Source: Veleropilina oligotropha (Eukaryota). From it: a DNA stretch of 64,000 nucleotides. Location: the NCBI GenBank assembly GCA_048128005.1, contig JBEUKZ010000096.1, forward strand, positions 496,001 through 560,000. Direction: 5' to 3'. Made by a program: the position numbers and the translations under genes. Position 1 is the stretch's first letter. Each line of letters opens with the position of its first letter. Shown in pieces: positions 50,508-62,822 of this stretch. Below the pieces are notes generated by a model. That model was not told the DNA's origin and made no database searches. It saw only the letters and a list, made by a program, of their open reading frames with translations.

Positions 50508-51559
50508 CGACGTCCTGTGTCAAAAGTTGTCGCGTTTACCCGAAGTAAATACCCATTTATCCGCACCCCATATAAGCAATCGACACGTAGTTATGTTGAA
50601 CAGTACCTTAAGTTTCAGGAGATGCAAAACATATTACAATTGGATATATTAACGAGGACCCTTAGCCCATTTTATTGTAATTTCGGCGACATCTTGCCAA
50701 CGTTTGTTTACATGTTTTTGACCTATAACGTTTCCCATGATGCAATGCACTATCCGGAATATATGGATTTTGCGATTAAAAATACGTTGATTTCTCAAAC
50801 AATAAGCGTATCAAAAAGTTTTACTACATGTCGTATCGAAAGTAAATTTATTTGAAGATGTTCCTTCCGTTATCTTGAGTAGCTTTGAAAAGGAATACGT
50901 TTTAAGTACAAACTCCAGAACAGTTTAAAACGAATTCGTGGTGTTGCACGTGCGCGTTGGCGGTAACCCCAGTGTCAACAATAACACTGTCATTTGTAGT
51001 GTTAGTTCTGCGAGTATTTGCGGTTTATCTCCTCTGGACCTCACGATTTGTCCAAGATAACGGAATCCAGTGTATATACGATATTTCGATGACCGACAAC
51101 GCTATCAATATAACGAATATCGACAAAATATCCCAACAGACTGAACGGTGAAAGTACTTACGGACATCGAAGGTAGGTTAATAAAAGAACCCGTATCTGT
51201 ACGGTCTAAAAACAATACCTACTTAGAAGCAGGGCTCGTAGGCATATGCACCATTTTGGCTTTTGACCGTTGATTTTTCTATTAAACACATTTTTTTAGT
51301 GCTTATGAGTGACATAATTATTCATAGAAAACAGGAATTTATGTCACAATATCAGAGAATTCGTACATTGATTATAAAACAACAGATAGCTAACAGGAAA
51401 GGCTAACAAAATTATATAACACACCAATATTAATGATAGGAAGGCACAAAAGTGACAATATCCTTAAACAGTTTATTTAATATTAATAACATACAGGCTT
51501 CGTTATCTTACTTGTATAACTGAGTTCAGCCTAGGCTACTCTCTTGATATAATATAATG

Positions 51560-51710
51560 ATGTTATCAGTATTGTGTGGATTCCGGCACGTCGGAAACCT
51601 CGAGCGAGGTAGTTTTTGCGGCGGATTAATCGCGAGAACGATGCCGCAAAAACACGACCTCACGAGAGGTTTCCGACATGCCAGAATTCACATAATTGAT
51701 GATAACATTT
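51560..51710. repeat. Long imperfect palindrome (non-autonomous DNA element-like)
   Basis: ggcacgtcggaaacctcg..tttttgcggc / gccgcaaaaa..gaggtttccgacatgcc. Confidence 0.7.
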
Positions 51711-52904
51711 TTATTATATGCCACATCAAGTTTCTTATTAAATTGAATCGAAAGATTTTGGTAATTTTAGTCATGAATCTGTAAAGGAGGTTGACATAGT
51801 TTAGGATTATTTAACAATGCGAATCAGTACATAAATACGACACGTAACTATGCAATTGACATCACATCACTATGTATAATAATATGATGTCACCTCATAA
51901 GGAATGTTTGAAAGGTTCTCAAGAAATTGATATTGCGAGTTGGCATAAAATAAGAAATAATGTTCTTCCTTCTGAGTTTTATAAAATTTACCAGATGCAT
52001 TTCTGTATTTTTTAATTCCAATTCATTTTTATCCAAATAGAAATAATGTAATTTAAGCTTCAAGATCTGTTACTTTAATATATGTGGTAAAACTAACACA
52101 TGTTTTTCCATAAAGACTTGGAAGTAGTTCCTATGATTTGGCAGCCATTTTGAATATATAAGCAGGAGACGTTTTCCGAAAAGATATCAGCTGTGTCCGT
52201 GATACGGGGTCTCGGAAAAATGCGCGACAATAGGCGTCAGAAAACGACTGGCATATAATAAAACACAAGAGTGTCATAAGAAAATAAACAAAATATATCG
52301 ACGTTACATTGTGTAACATGATAAAAACTGCATACATGTGCAAATTTTGCAGAAAGGTCTATATGACTACATTCTGTAATTTGCATTTTTATACAGTATT
52401 GCATTTATCCAAACATTGAACTCTGAATGTTAACTTATGCGTCATTTATACACATATTATTACTAATTTAATCTTGTACATGACCATTTGCTACTAAATG
52501 ATTGAAATGTCAGTCATGATAATTTTTTCTTCTGCAAGTATCATTTGCATTCATGAAACTTATTTTCTCTAGCAATGTCACTTCTAAACTGTTGAAGCTC
52601 TTTACATATGTGACTATTTTGTATATATTCATTTCATTGCAGAACATTGTATACAGCTTTCGGAGACCAAAGTATATCGAACTCTGAGCCTTTGGTGGCA
52701 AGCGATTAATGGGGAATGCTACAATGATGTATTCGACAAAGTGCCAGTGAGGATTAAACTAGGATTTCCTGACAATTAAGCTTTTGTATAAAAAACAGCA
52801 AAGATTCCAAGACACTGCAGGCCCTATAAATGGGTCCGGACATGCATGCGACATATATATAATCATTAATGTACCTGTATTTATTTCTGCATGATAAGCA
52901 AGTT

Positions 52905-54957
52905 GGCAACATTGTTTTTACGACCACTTTTAGCAATGTTTCAGCTGTATCGATTTAAACAATATTTTATTGCCGATGCAATTAGATTGGCGAACAGGCA
53001 ATCCTGCCTATATCAACGCCTCTCTAAGCATATGTACAAAAACAATATTAAGGCGGTAATCATATAGATATAAGGATGACATATATATTCTAGGTCATAT
53101 GAGATATTTGTATTGTATGAAGTTGTGATATCTGACTCTGACATTTGTGCTAGTAGGAGAAACGATTTAATTAAAACGATTTAATTAAAACGTCCTGTTG
53201 AGGAAATAAATTTTAGAACTTGTGAGAAAATTATCTGATTTATGGCTACACTAAAATTTGCATTTCCGTGAGTAAGCGTCTCGGTAACAAGATAATCGTT
53301 TGGTAATATATTAAGATGCAGGTTTCTGTCATTATTGTACAAATCACATGCTAATAAGTAATGTGTTGGGTCTTCAACAGCTTGACCACAGCGACAGGAC
53401 GCGTCATTTGATATAAATCGCAGGAATTTGTGATAGTTCAAGTTGCTGCAGCCCATTCTTATCTGAGCATGTATAATCTGCAAGTTTCGTGAGCCACAGA
53501 AGTAATAAGGTGGAGCTTTTTTATCATTTCTAGCCAAATAGTTTTTAAAATTTACTAGTGAATCAGCATTTCTGCTTACTAAAGGTAGGTTATTCCAGGC
53601 GAGTAAAGTTAAGGGAATGAAAGATTGAGCATACCGTTGAGTTCTACATCTTATCGATTGTATGTTTTGTGAGTTCCGAAGTTCATAAGGCGTTAGATTT
53701 TCAGTAGTGGCTGGTAAGAGCGACTTCATATATGATGGACAAAGATTATTAACGATCTTATAAAATAAGATGAGCTTATGTCTAGAACGTCGTTCTTCAA
53801 GTGGAATGAATCCAGTTTCAGAATAAAGAACATTGTGGCTAGTTCCCCGGGGTGCTCCACATATAGTACGCAATGCATCAAGTTGTTGATTCTCAAGTAG
53901 GGTTGCTTGAGCTTTACTACAATTATGCCAAACCACATCAGCATAATCAAAAACTGGCAAAATAAATGACTGATACAAAGTCAGTAATGCTTTGCGAGAG
54001 AGTTTATATTTATTACTCCTCAAGCAATTAATCATTGGGCTTATTTTCCCAAATAAGTATCGTATATGAATTTCCCAATCGGCTGAATTTTTAAATATTA
54101 ATCCTAAGTGTTTATGTGACACTACTTCAGATATTTTGTTATTATTGAATGTTAGGGGTGGATGAATATTAGGTTCCCTTTTATACGAAAACAACATAGA
54201 TTCCGTTTTCTCTGGAGAAAACTTCACTTTCCACGTTTCCGCCCATTTGCTAATTTCCTTAAGGTCGTTATTTAGAAAGGTTGCGCTCGTTTCTTTATCG
54301 TCTACTATAATATATAATGATGTATCGTCAGCGAATAACTTAATATTTGATTTTATGTTGGCGACAATGTCGTTTATGTACACAAGGAACATCAGCGGCC
54401 CTAAAACAGAGCCTTGTGGTACTCCTCCCATAACTGTTCTATCGTCTGAAGTTATGTTATTTAGAATAACACGTTGGGTGCGTTTGCTGAGATAGCTTTT
54501 GCACCATTTTAATAGGTTTCCCCGAATGCCGACAGCATCCAGCTTATGCAGTAGACCACGATGCCAAACTTTATCAAACGCTTTGGATATATCGCAAAAA
54601 ACTGCTCTGACGTCTCTCCCATTATCCAACGACTTAACTATAAAATTATACATATCAACTAGTTGATTTACAGAAGAGTCGCCAGGCAAGAATCCGGACT
54701 GGTACTTAGTTAATACACTGTTGTCTAAAAGAAAATTGAAAATATATTTAAAAATGCACTTCTCAGTGCTGTATCTTCAGCTGTATCGCAGTCAGGACAC
54801 CCGGTTTAAGGTCTCGCTCCGATCTGACCGACATACATTAGGGATATGCCATCTATTATTTTAAGCGGTAGAATGGACCGCCGCTGGTCTCGAACCCGGG
54901 ACCAACTAACAGCTTCGATTGAGAGTTTGACGCGCTAACCACTCGATCTCCGATGCC
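52905..54957 (-). mobile_element. tRNA-derived SINE split by the second LINE
   Basis: Minus strand gagtggttagcgcg..gggttcgagacc head; the tail gatacagctgaaacattgctaaaagtggtcg resumes beyond the LINE; homologous to 27640-28015. Confidence 0.85.
52952..54764 (-). mobile_element. 5'-truncated CR1-group LINE (ORF2 RT + CCHC, 53181-54764), 12-13-bp TSD TTCAGCTGTATC(G)
   Basis: Open RT frame (DISKAFD, QGSVLGP, FADD, CRCG..HYLLAC); same 3' terminus as the 44151 element; TSD at 52940-52951 and 54776-54787. Confidence 0.93.
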
Positions 54958-55594
54958 ACTTGCATGATAAGCATATTTTCACATTATCAAGTAATGTTAA
55001 AGATGTTAGAACATTATCAATTTGGACTTATTCATCTTTATGGGACATTTAATTTGTATATGATAATTGATGCCAGTTGTCTATAGTACAATCATTTGTT
55101 ATACATTAATGTTATGAATTTGCATAATGCAACACAAGCTGAACAATAATATTACTCACTAATGTTTCAAAAACATGTCTGCTCAGTTTTTAGTTGTTTC
55201 ATCATTGGTTATACATGTGAATGATTATGATGGCATAGGATGTACATAATTTTATTACTATTTAATAGATTGTTTAAAGATGTGGTGTAAATTTAACATA
55301 TTAAATTGGATTTATTTTATCCCTTGATCTTTTGTTTTAATGTAGTTTCTGTACCACGTGGTTAGCTGCAGTCATCAACAAGAAGCCAGTTTAAAAGATT
55401 ATTATGGTGAGTATTAAAGTTTAATAGATGTTTTGTATATCTGCATGCTAAATGTATTATTATATTTTCTTTTTTCATGTGTTTTACGGTTCCCTATATA
55501 TATATATATATATATTACCATGCAGAATGTTTTAAAAGATTTGAGATAATATTATTATATGATAAAGAGAATCTAATTTTCAAGTTAAATTTAA

Positions 55595-57118
55595 AGATGC
55601 TGATTCCGCTTGTTTATGTAATTTACAATTAAACGAAAACAATATATAGGATATTGCATGTAAACTTACTCATTTGATGAATTAAATTATGCAGCAGAGA
55701 GTATACATACCAATTATTACATAATCGTTTCAGTTATAAGCCAAATTTTTAATGTAAACTTAGCTGCTTTGCAATCCATGGTAGCTGAAAGTTTCTCCTC
55801 TGTCTGTGCATTCATTTCGAGAGGATTCACCCGAATTTGTATATTTCGCTCCAACGTTATAATTTAAATATTTCAGTATTATAATAATAATTTTCCTACT
55901 AGGCTATTATGGAAAGTACTGATTTCATTGTTGGGCGACACTTTCAGATACCTTATTAATATGAAGCAAACTGTTACTGTAGTGGCGCGAAATTGTGGAG
56001 AAAATCCCCCAAAACCATGAATAAAAGATGATGTTTGTCCAATATCGTCAATTTAAGCATTTGTTACTAAATTCATTCTGTATATAATGATAACTAAACA
56101 ATTAAAGATGCAGGATCTACTTCAGATCGCTAAAACGTATTTAAATGCTGTTCTCTCTTACACTTTCTGCATTGATTTATTGCATATAGTTACGACCTTT
56201 CAGAGATTACCACACACGGCAAAAAAAATTTTCACTTAGTAATAAATATTTGAACTTTTTTTATTGAATTATGAGATCGATCTCATAATTCGAGCCGATT
56301 GTACGTGAGATTTATACGGAAATGAACGACGGCTCAACACGTCACTTAGCTCCGCCCTAAATCACTCTCGCGATCTACCGGGTCATTTCAAGGTCGACCT
56401 TGTCTGAGTTTGTTTATATCGGTTTCCATGGCGGATGTCGACACGAGAAAGAGAGGCAGGCCGCCGTTATCGACTGTGAAATGGATGTACGTGAAAAACT
56501 TGAAATAATAAATATCGCTATAAATGAAAATTGGATGCGGCTACTTCAACTTGTAAACAAACAGTGAAGCACTTGAAACAGTGAACGCCCACGACATTAC
56601 AATGTCGCGGTGCGCAATAGGCCTAATTAGTTTGTGAAATAAATATGGTTATTATGTTAGTATTGCTGCCATATACTACAATTATGTGAAACTAGGTATA
56701 TCTTTCAATGCAATACATCAATTTCAGCGAACTGCTAATACAGCTAAACACTGACCTAGATCCAACGCCATTTGCTTGCTCTGCACGTCCATCATATCGA
56801 CGGGACCACGTGACGTTTGACCCAATAACGATAAATGAGATAAGATGGCGTTCGGAGGTTGACGCGCTCGAATAAAATACCACGTCGGCTGAAGCGATTA
56901 TTAAATGCCAGCAACACCTTTTGTTGCATTTTAACTTTTCCTTCGTCCTAAAAACATGTCATGTATGGATACCATATCGTATTTATGGTTTTCTTTTATA
57001 TGAAATATCATACGAATGTAGATTCAGCATCTTTAATAGTTTATACAAAAAATACACAAAAATTGATAGATTTAGTGGCATTAATTTCAATTTCGTGACT
57101 GATTTTGGCTCAGCATCT
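55595..57118. mobile_element. Kolobok-like non-autonomous element (outer)
   Basis: TTAA|agatgctga ... tcagcatct|TTAA; only 9 bp of TIR match. Confidence 0.6.
56106..57032. mobile_element. Kolobok-like non-autonomous element (inner)
   Basis: TTAA|agatgcaggatctac ... gtagattcagcatct|TTAA; CpG-rich interior with ORF-start relic MADVDTRKRGRPP at 56428. Confidence 0.75.
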
Positions 57119-57591
57119 TTAAAGTAAATAGTACTACATCTATTTTCTTTTAAAGTTTATAGATATTCACGTATTATATCATTGAAGTAGTCTTTGGTTT
57201 ATAATTTAGGTTCATTTTGATTGTACTAGTCTTAAATTGGATGCTTAAAAATCAATTCCTGATCAAGACAATGTTACTTTATAACATTTACACTTGTATA
57301 GTAGTTGTGATATAAAATTGACCATTAAGAGAGAAGGCTGATTTCATATGATTTCCACAGTGACCACTAAAAGTTGTTGAGAAATCAGATCATTCAGAAA
57401 AAAATTTAATAACACTAATTTTCCTTTTATTTCAGATTATGCACATTGATCGTTCCTGTAAAATGTTGATGACTGTTCAGTTGACCACAGACATTTTTCA
57501 TATGATATGTTCTTTAAATTGTAAGTATATAATAACAATATACGTCATGATATAATACTTATTTTCTATATAACATGGAAGCTAGGAAGAA

Positions 57592-57816
57592 CTAGAAATA
57601 TGTCCATCGGACACGAATGCCCCGACTGGCAGCCTTGACCATAGGGGCAGTGTACAAAGTATCAAGTCAATCCATGAAGGCAAATAGAAGTTATAGCAGA
57701 TTGGAGTTGCTTACACGCAAATACTGGTTTTGCTTACACGCAAATACTGGTTCGGACGGGACGGGACGGACAAGAGTAAATCTAAATGCCACCCCAATAA
57801 ATTGGTGGTGGCATAA
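57592..57816 (-). mobile_element. Short HINE-like element, inverse copy of 32873-33093
   Basis: Near-identical reverse complement apart from a ~26-bp internal duplication and microsatellite length. Confidence 0.9.
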
Positions 57817-60487
57817 AAAGTTGTGGAATTGTATTCTCAGAGACATGGTATTAAATGATATCACCTTGATATTATTATAGATAAACAAAGAATTTCATGC
57901 ACAACCTACATTTTCAAGACGGCATGTCAAAAATATCGTAGAAGTAACGTCTGGTTACCTGGAAAAACCTGACCTCATTCAATTAGCACAACTGTATTGA
58001 TAACAGAAAAAAGAATGTAATTGAAACCTCCGAGATTCAAATGCATGGTAGAGCAATCAAGCAGGTGATTTCAGAGTTGCACCCAAAACCACATGGTTAC
58101 TGCCTTTTCAACTGTCATATCTTACTTTACCACATTTTCAAGAAACACTGAAATAATTATTGCTATATATCCTGGACAAAATTTTGTGGCATTGCCACAC
58201 ATCAAGACTGAATTATCGTCATTTCAGAAGTTTAAAGCGATACTGTACACGATGGAAATACACAAAACACATATTGAAAATTAATGTAATTTGTCCATTA
58301 ATTCAGTGTAGAACGACGCTATATAACTATCATGATTGAATCCTCTCCCTTTATCTATTACCAGTACATATATTTGGTACGTCCACAAATCAGACTAATG
58401 CAGCTTGTATACGTTACTTTAAAAGGGTGGTAAAATTATTAAATGGACTTGTTATTGACCAGTTTTCGGTATTCAGCTTCACTTCCACAGGAATCAATTT
58501 TACGGACTTGCATTATCTGATATCGTACCCAGTCAATATTACTCAAAAAAGCAATTCATGCATATTCTTGTGCACTCATTACGTACCAATCCCACCTTTT
58601 GACGTTGTATTTATGTGCTCCCAGTCCCCAATCACGTCTAGAGACGTGCTAAATTCACCCTCTCTAATCCCCAGGCCCATCAAAATGCGGGCCCGACGTC
58701 GCGTGTTACAAAGTCGCTGATTTGCGACAGTCTGTAGCTCTCAGCATAGCAAGTGTTATCAGATGACCAATAAAACGATGTCTTTTAAGTCTTGTTTGTC
58801 AAGTTGTTTTGTTTTCATTGGCTAGTATAATTTAAGCCATGCGAAACTGGGTCAAATTGAACACCTGGCATGACAGTGAGTCAGTGACATCACACGGTCA
58901 CCATGGCACGCTTTTGTTTACAACTTCAGAATGCAGGACCAACGAACATTTGTCAGACTAAAACAGCTAGATGTTACAGTGTAATATTATATCTAGAAAA
59001 TGTTGATTTAAGATGAACGATAGCTGATATTAATTAGTCTGGTGATGTGTTTAAACCTATACCATACCATGTGACACGAGACACGTACTAGTATATAAAA
59101 TGTAGCAGAAAGTTGCGGCAATAAAATTGCGCCAGGAAAGTTAAGCAGTCATTATATCATGATAAATCCATTTTGTTGAATAAAATGAATTATGGAATAT
59201 TTTAACAAAAATATTGATCCATTACCATAAATAAAAACGAAATTAATGTATCGGTATTAATTTTAGTTTCCCTGTAATAGTAATACGGCGAATGTACCCA
59301 AGCGGGTACATTCGCCGTATTACTTTCGCTTTAGGCCTATTGTGAAATGGTGATGTATATTTTATGCATTGTTTTTACAAGTCCATGCATTCCAAGTTTT
59401 ACTTAAATATTGTTCTAATAATATATAAATTGTATTTCTAGCATGAGGATTAAGCTTTTAAGCATATAAATTGGCTTGTCATGCCGCGATCCCGGATACG
59501 CGGTCGTTCATTTATTGTGGATTCGAAGACATCGATGTTACATCATATACATTATTATTTATATTAAAAATATCATAATAAATATTAATATGTCTACTTC
59601 AACATTAAATCCGAAACAACAATTTTCGAGCGTACAGCATCAGAAATCATTGGGGTCAAATCGGGATTCCCTTGTTTTGGCGATAACTAATGCAGCCATT
59701 TTGACTGCATCGAATCGTGTTTTCTGGGTCATGCTGATCTGTTTAAAGGTGCTGGCTTTATATTTGACGATAGACAGATAGAGGTTCTTTTCGACATATT
59801 TTTGAACAATTGATAATTTTAAATGCTATTTTAACTTTCTCTGTAATTATGTCAACAATATAATAATAATCCCGACGAAAATAGGTGCGCTTATAAATCG
59901 GGAATTCGCCGTCGCCAAATTCAGAATTGGACATATTTTGGAAGTTGGAATAAAACGGACCGGTGAGGTGTTTTCATGTTTATTTTACTAAAATTTAGTA
60001 TATATAACTATCACTGTATGTTATTGACATTTGTAGTGATTGAAAACGATATGAAAATGAAATTTGTATTTATTAACACACTTTTCTTCAATATGATTGT
60101 GTCAAACTTTTGTGATATTTAAAAATGGCAAACACGTGTGATGTGAACTTCGAGCCAATGGCTGTATTTACTATTTGCATTCGCAATAGTATGTTAAATG
60201 TTAAATTTTCAAGTTCACTATTCTTATAAATTAAATATTCCTTTTGAATCATGAAAATACAAGATAAATCTTGTCAATAAAAAATTGTTGTAAACAATAC
60301 TTACCATCGTACAACCATAATAACAACGTATTGCAGATTTTATTTGCACTTACAACCGGTAACAGTTAGTATGCACTGATATTAGTCAATTCCAAATAAT
60401 AAACTTTATTGAAGCATGAAAACAGTAACTAAACATAAATAAAGCAGTCTTTATTCAGCTTGTACAAACACATAAATGATACATAGC

Positions 60488-60975
60488 TTTATTATATAAA
60501 TGGTGTTGTTATTCGTTAAATAATGGAAAAAATATAATCAGTACTTCACTGATATATATTTTCACTCACGTGAGTGAAAATATTTTCCATATTTCACTCT
60601 CGTGAGTGAAAATATCAAAAACGCGTCATAAAGTGACGTCCTAAAAACGTTGTCCTTGGCGACGGCGTCTATAGCGACGTTATAATGGCGAACTACATTT
60701 CAACATTACAACGTCAACAGCGCACAGGTTCATTCTTCTACAAAAATAAGCATGGCTATACATTGGTAACATTATTTAATTGATAACTAACCCATTTATA
60801 TAATAAATAGAGCATTCAATGTTATGTCAGAAATATTAAATATATTTTGTCTCGTGAACTATATCCTAGCCGATTCACTCAAGGCCTCCGGCCTATCGTG
60901 AATCCGCTAGAATATATTTCACTCGACAAAATATATTTAATATTTCTGACATACCATCAAATACCCTCTATTTAT
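60488..60975. mobile_element. Double-hairpin non-autonomous element (possibly Crypton-like)
   Basis: IR 60488-60807 (tttattatataaatgg / ccatttatataataaa) abuts a second long hairpin 60803-60975; internal palindromes attttcactcacgtgagtgaaaat. Confidence 0.55.
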
Positions 60976-61204
60976 TCATACAATGTAACTTAATCCAAGT
61001 TGATATGAAGTATATGCACAAAGTCAATAATTGACATCATATCACACAAGCTCTGGGGAGCAGCCTATAAAGACGTCACTAGGGGCGACGTCACAAAATG
61101 ATGTTTGTACACAATGAGTTAACTGTGCTTAAACAGATTTTCCGTACTACTTCATCTGCGTTTGTACTCTGAAACGCTTATGAAGTATAAATTAGCACAT
61201 TTTG

Positions 61205-61975
61205 CAGTGCACTTCATTTTCATTTCAAATGCGCTTTAACTGCGCTTCATATGCGCTTTAACTGCGCTTCATCTGCGCTTTAATGGCACTTCATCTGCGC
61301 TTTGACTGCACTTTAATGGCACTTCATTTGCGCTTTATCCGCAAGTTTTTTGCAAAAGTGCAGATGAATTTGGTAGATTGGATATATTTGAAAATTAGCT
61401 TCTTATCTGCTTTGCTGTTCATCAAATGCGCTTCATTTGCACTTCAAATCATATAATATTTCAATCTGTGTCATTTGCACTTCCAATGCGCTTCATATTC
61501 AGAAGCGCAATTGAAGTGTAATTACCATATTTGGCAGTGCACTTCATTTGCGCTGCAAATGCACTTTATTTGCACTTCAACTGCGCTTTAATGGCACTTC
61601 CATAGCACTTCATTTGCGCTTCATGTTGAAGCGCATATGAAGCATAATTAGCATATTTCGCGGGTGCGCTTCAATTGCACTGCAAATGCGCTTCAACTGC
61701 GCTTCATCTGCGCTTGAATAGCACTTCATTCGCGCTTTATCTGCGCTTTTGGGGAAAAAGCGCAGATGAAGCGCAATTAGCATATTTCGTTTTTGGCTTC
61801 ATTTGCGCTTCACTGCTCATTAACTGCGCTTCATTTGCACTTTAAATGCACTTCATTTGCGCTTACATGCGTGAAGCACTCGTAAACATGCGCTTCAATA
61901 TTGCCAACTGTGCGCTTCATCTGCGCTTCAATTGCACTTTAAGTGCGCTTCAAATGCACTTCATTTGCGCTGCTT
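61205..61975. repeat. Right subterminal array of 11-bp-phased TGC(G/A)CTT(C/T)A motifs
   Basis: For example tgcgctttaac tgcgcttcata tgcgctttaac tgcgcttcatc from 61230. Confidence 0.9.
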
Positions 61976-62647
61976 TTCGGTAAGGGAAAGGTCACATGAC
62001 CTGTTGTTAAAAAATAGAATTTCAAGCAGGGGAGACATTCCTGTTATTGTGGACAATAACAACATCTAATTAAGCATATATGTGCCTCGGTTCACCCAGC
62101 CGACTTAGTAGGTACTTGGTTGACGTGTTAATTAGTCGTAGCGCTCGCTAGTGGCTGCTTGACTAGTAATAGTCTCAAAGAGAGCGAATATGGATCCATG
62201 ATCAGAACAGGCCGATAAAAACCAGGGATAATAAATTGTGACAGCGTCTGCGAGCATATATATATGGATACAGCGCTACATAAATCTCCAATTATTATTA
62301 TTATTATTAAGTAGAAAAATTCCTGACATTTGACGATCTGGCAAATCTGGAATTGTGGTCAGAAATGTACAGAGATAACATTGGATTTGAATGCCAGTTT
62401 TATGACTATTAGAGTCGGAATAATTTAAATAATATCTCCGTTCAAATATTAGTTAGCAAGATTTGATCTATCCCTTAAGGCTTTTAAAACTTTTGAACTT
62501 CCTGTCGTCACAAGTATCGTGCTCATATTGAATTTAGCCACGATAAAAGAGTTCTAACATAGTAAATACGACATTCTAACCATGAGTATATAAAAATATC
62601 TTTGACCGCCCAAAGCTTAACTAGAGGGAATTTTTTCTGTTGGCCAG

Positions 62648-62822
62648 GTCAACGCACCAGATGATGACGGGATTTTGGTCGGAAACTGGTCGGGCAATTA
62701 TCGTGGAGGGAACCCCCCTCAGAGCTGGCTGGGGAGTGTAGCCATCATTGAGCAGTTCTACCGCTCCAAGTCGCCGGTGCAGTTTGGCCAGTGCTGGGTG
62801 TTTTCAGGCTTGGTTACCTCAA
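62648..62822 (+). CDS. Transglutaminase exon 6 with catalytic cysteine (gene continues past window)
   Basis: VNAPDDDGILVGNWSGNY..WLGSVAII..VQFGQCWVFSGLVTS; cAG acceptor, GTAAGT donor, phase 0/1; missed by the ORF track. Confidence 0.97.

Larger units (their letters stand above)
42995..61986. mobile_element. ~19-kb non-autonomous EnSpm/CACTA (CMC)-like element
   Basis: Termini cccttacgtaaatgaagcgc / gcgctgcttttcggtaaggg (16/20 inverted match); 2-bp TSD AA (empty site gaggtcaaaggtcacatg); subterminal TGC(G/A)CTTCA arrays at both ends. Confidence 0.8.
41888..62069 (+). mobile_element. HINE-like element with 156-bp tandem repeats, split into 41888-42994 and 61987-62069
   Basis: atgtctcccc..ggggagacat 5' hairpin; gacgataactac at 41961/42117/42273/42429; 3' ggggagacat and gttattgtggacaataac palindrome; inserted at TT. 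Confidence 0.9.
41806..62309 (+). mobile_element. CORE-SINE split into 41806-41887 and 62072-62309 by a 20.2-kb nested insertion
   Basis: Joining ..gcaaggaatt to aagcatatatgtgcctcggttcacccagc restores the sequence of the intact copy at 23198. Confidence 0.9.
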
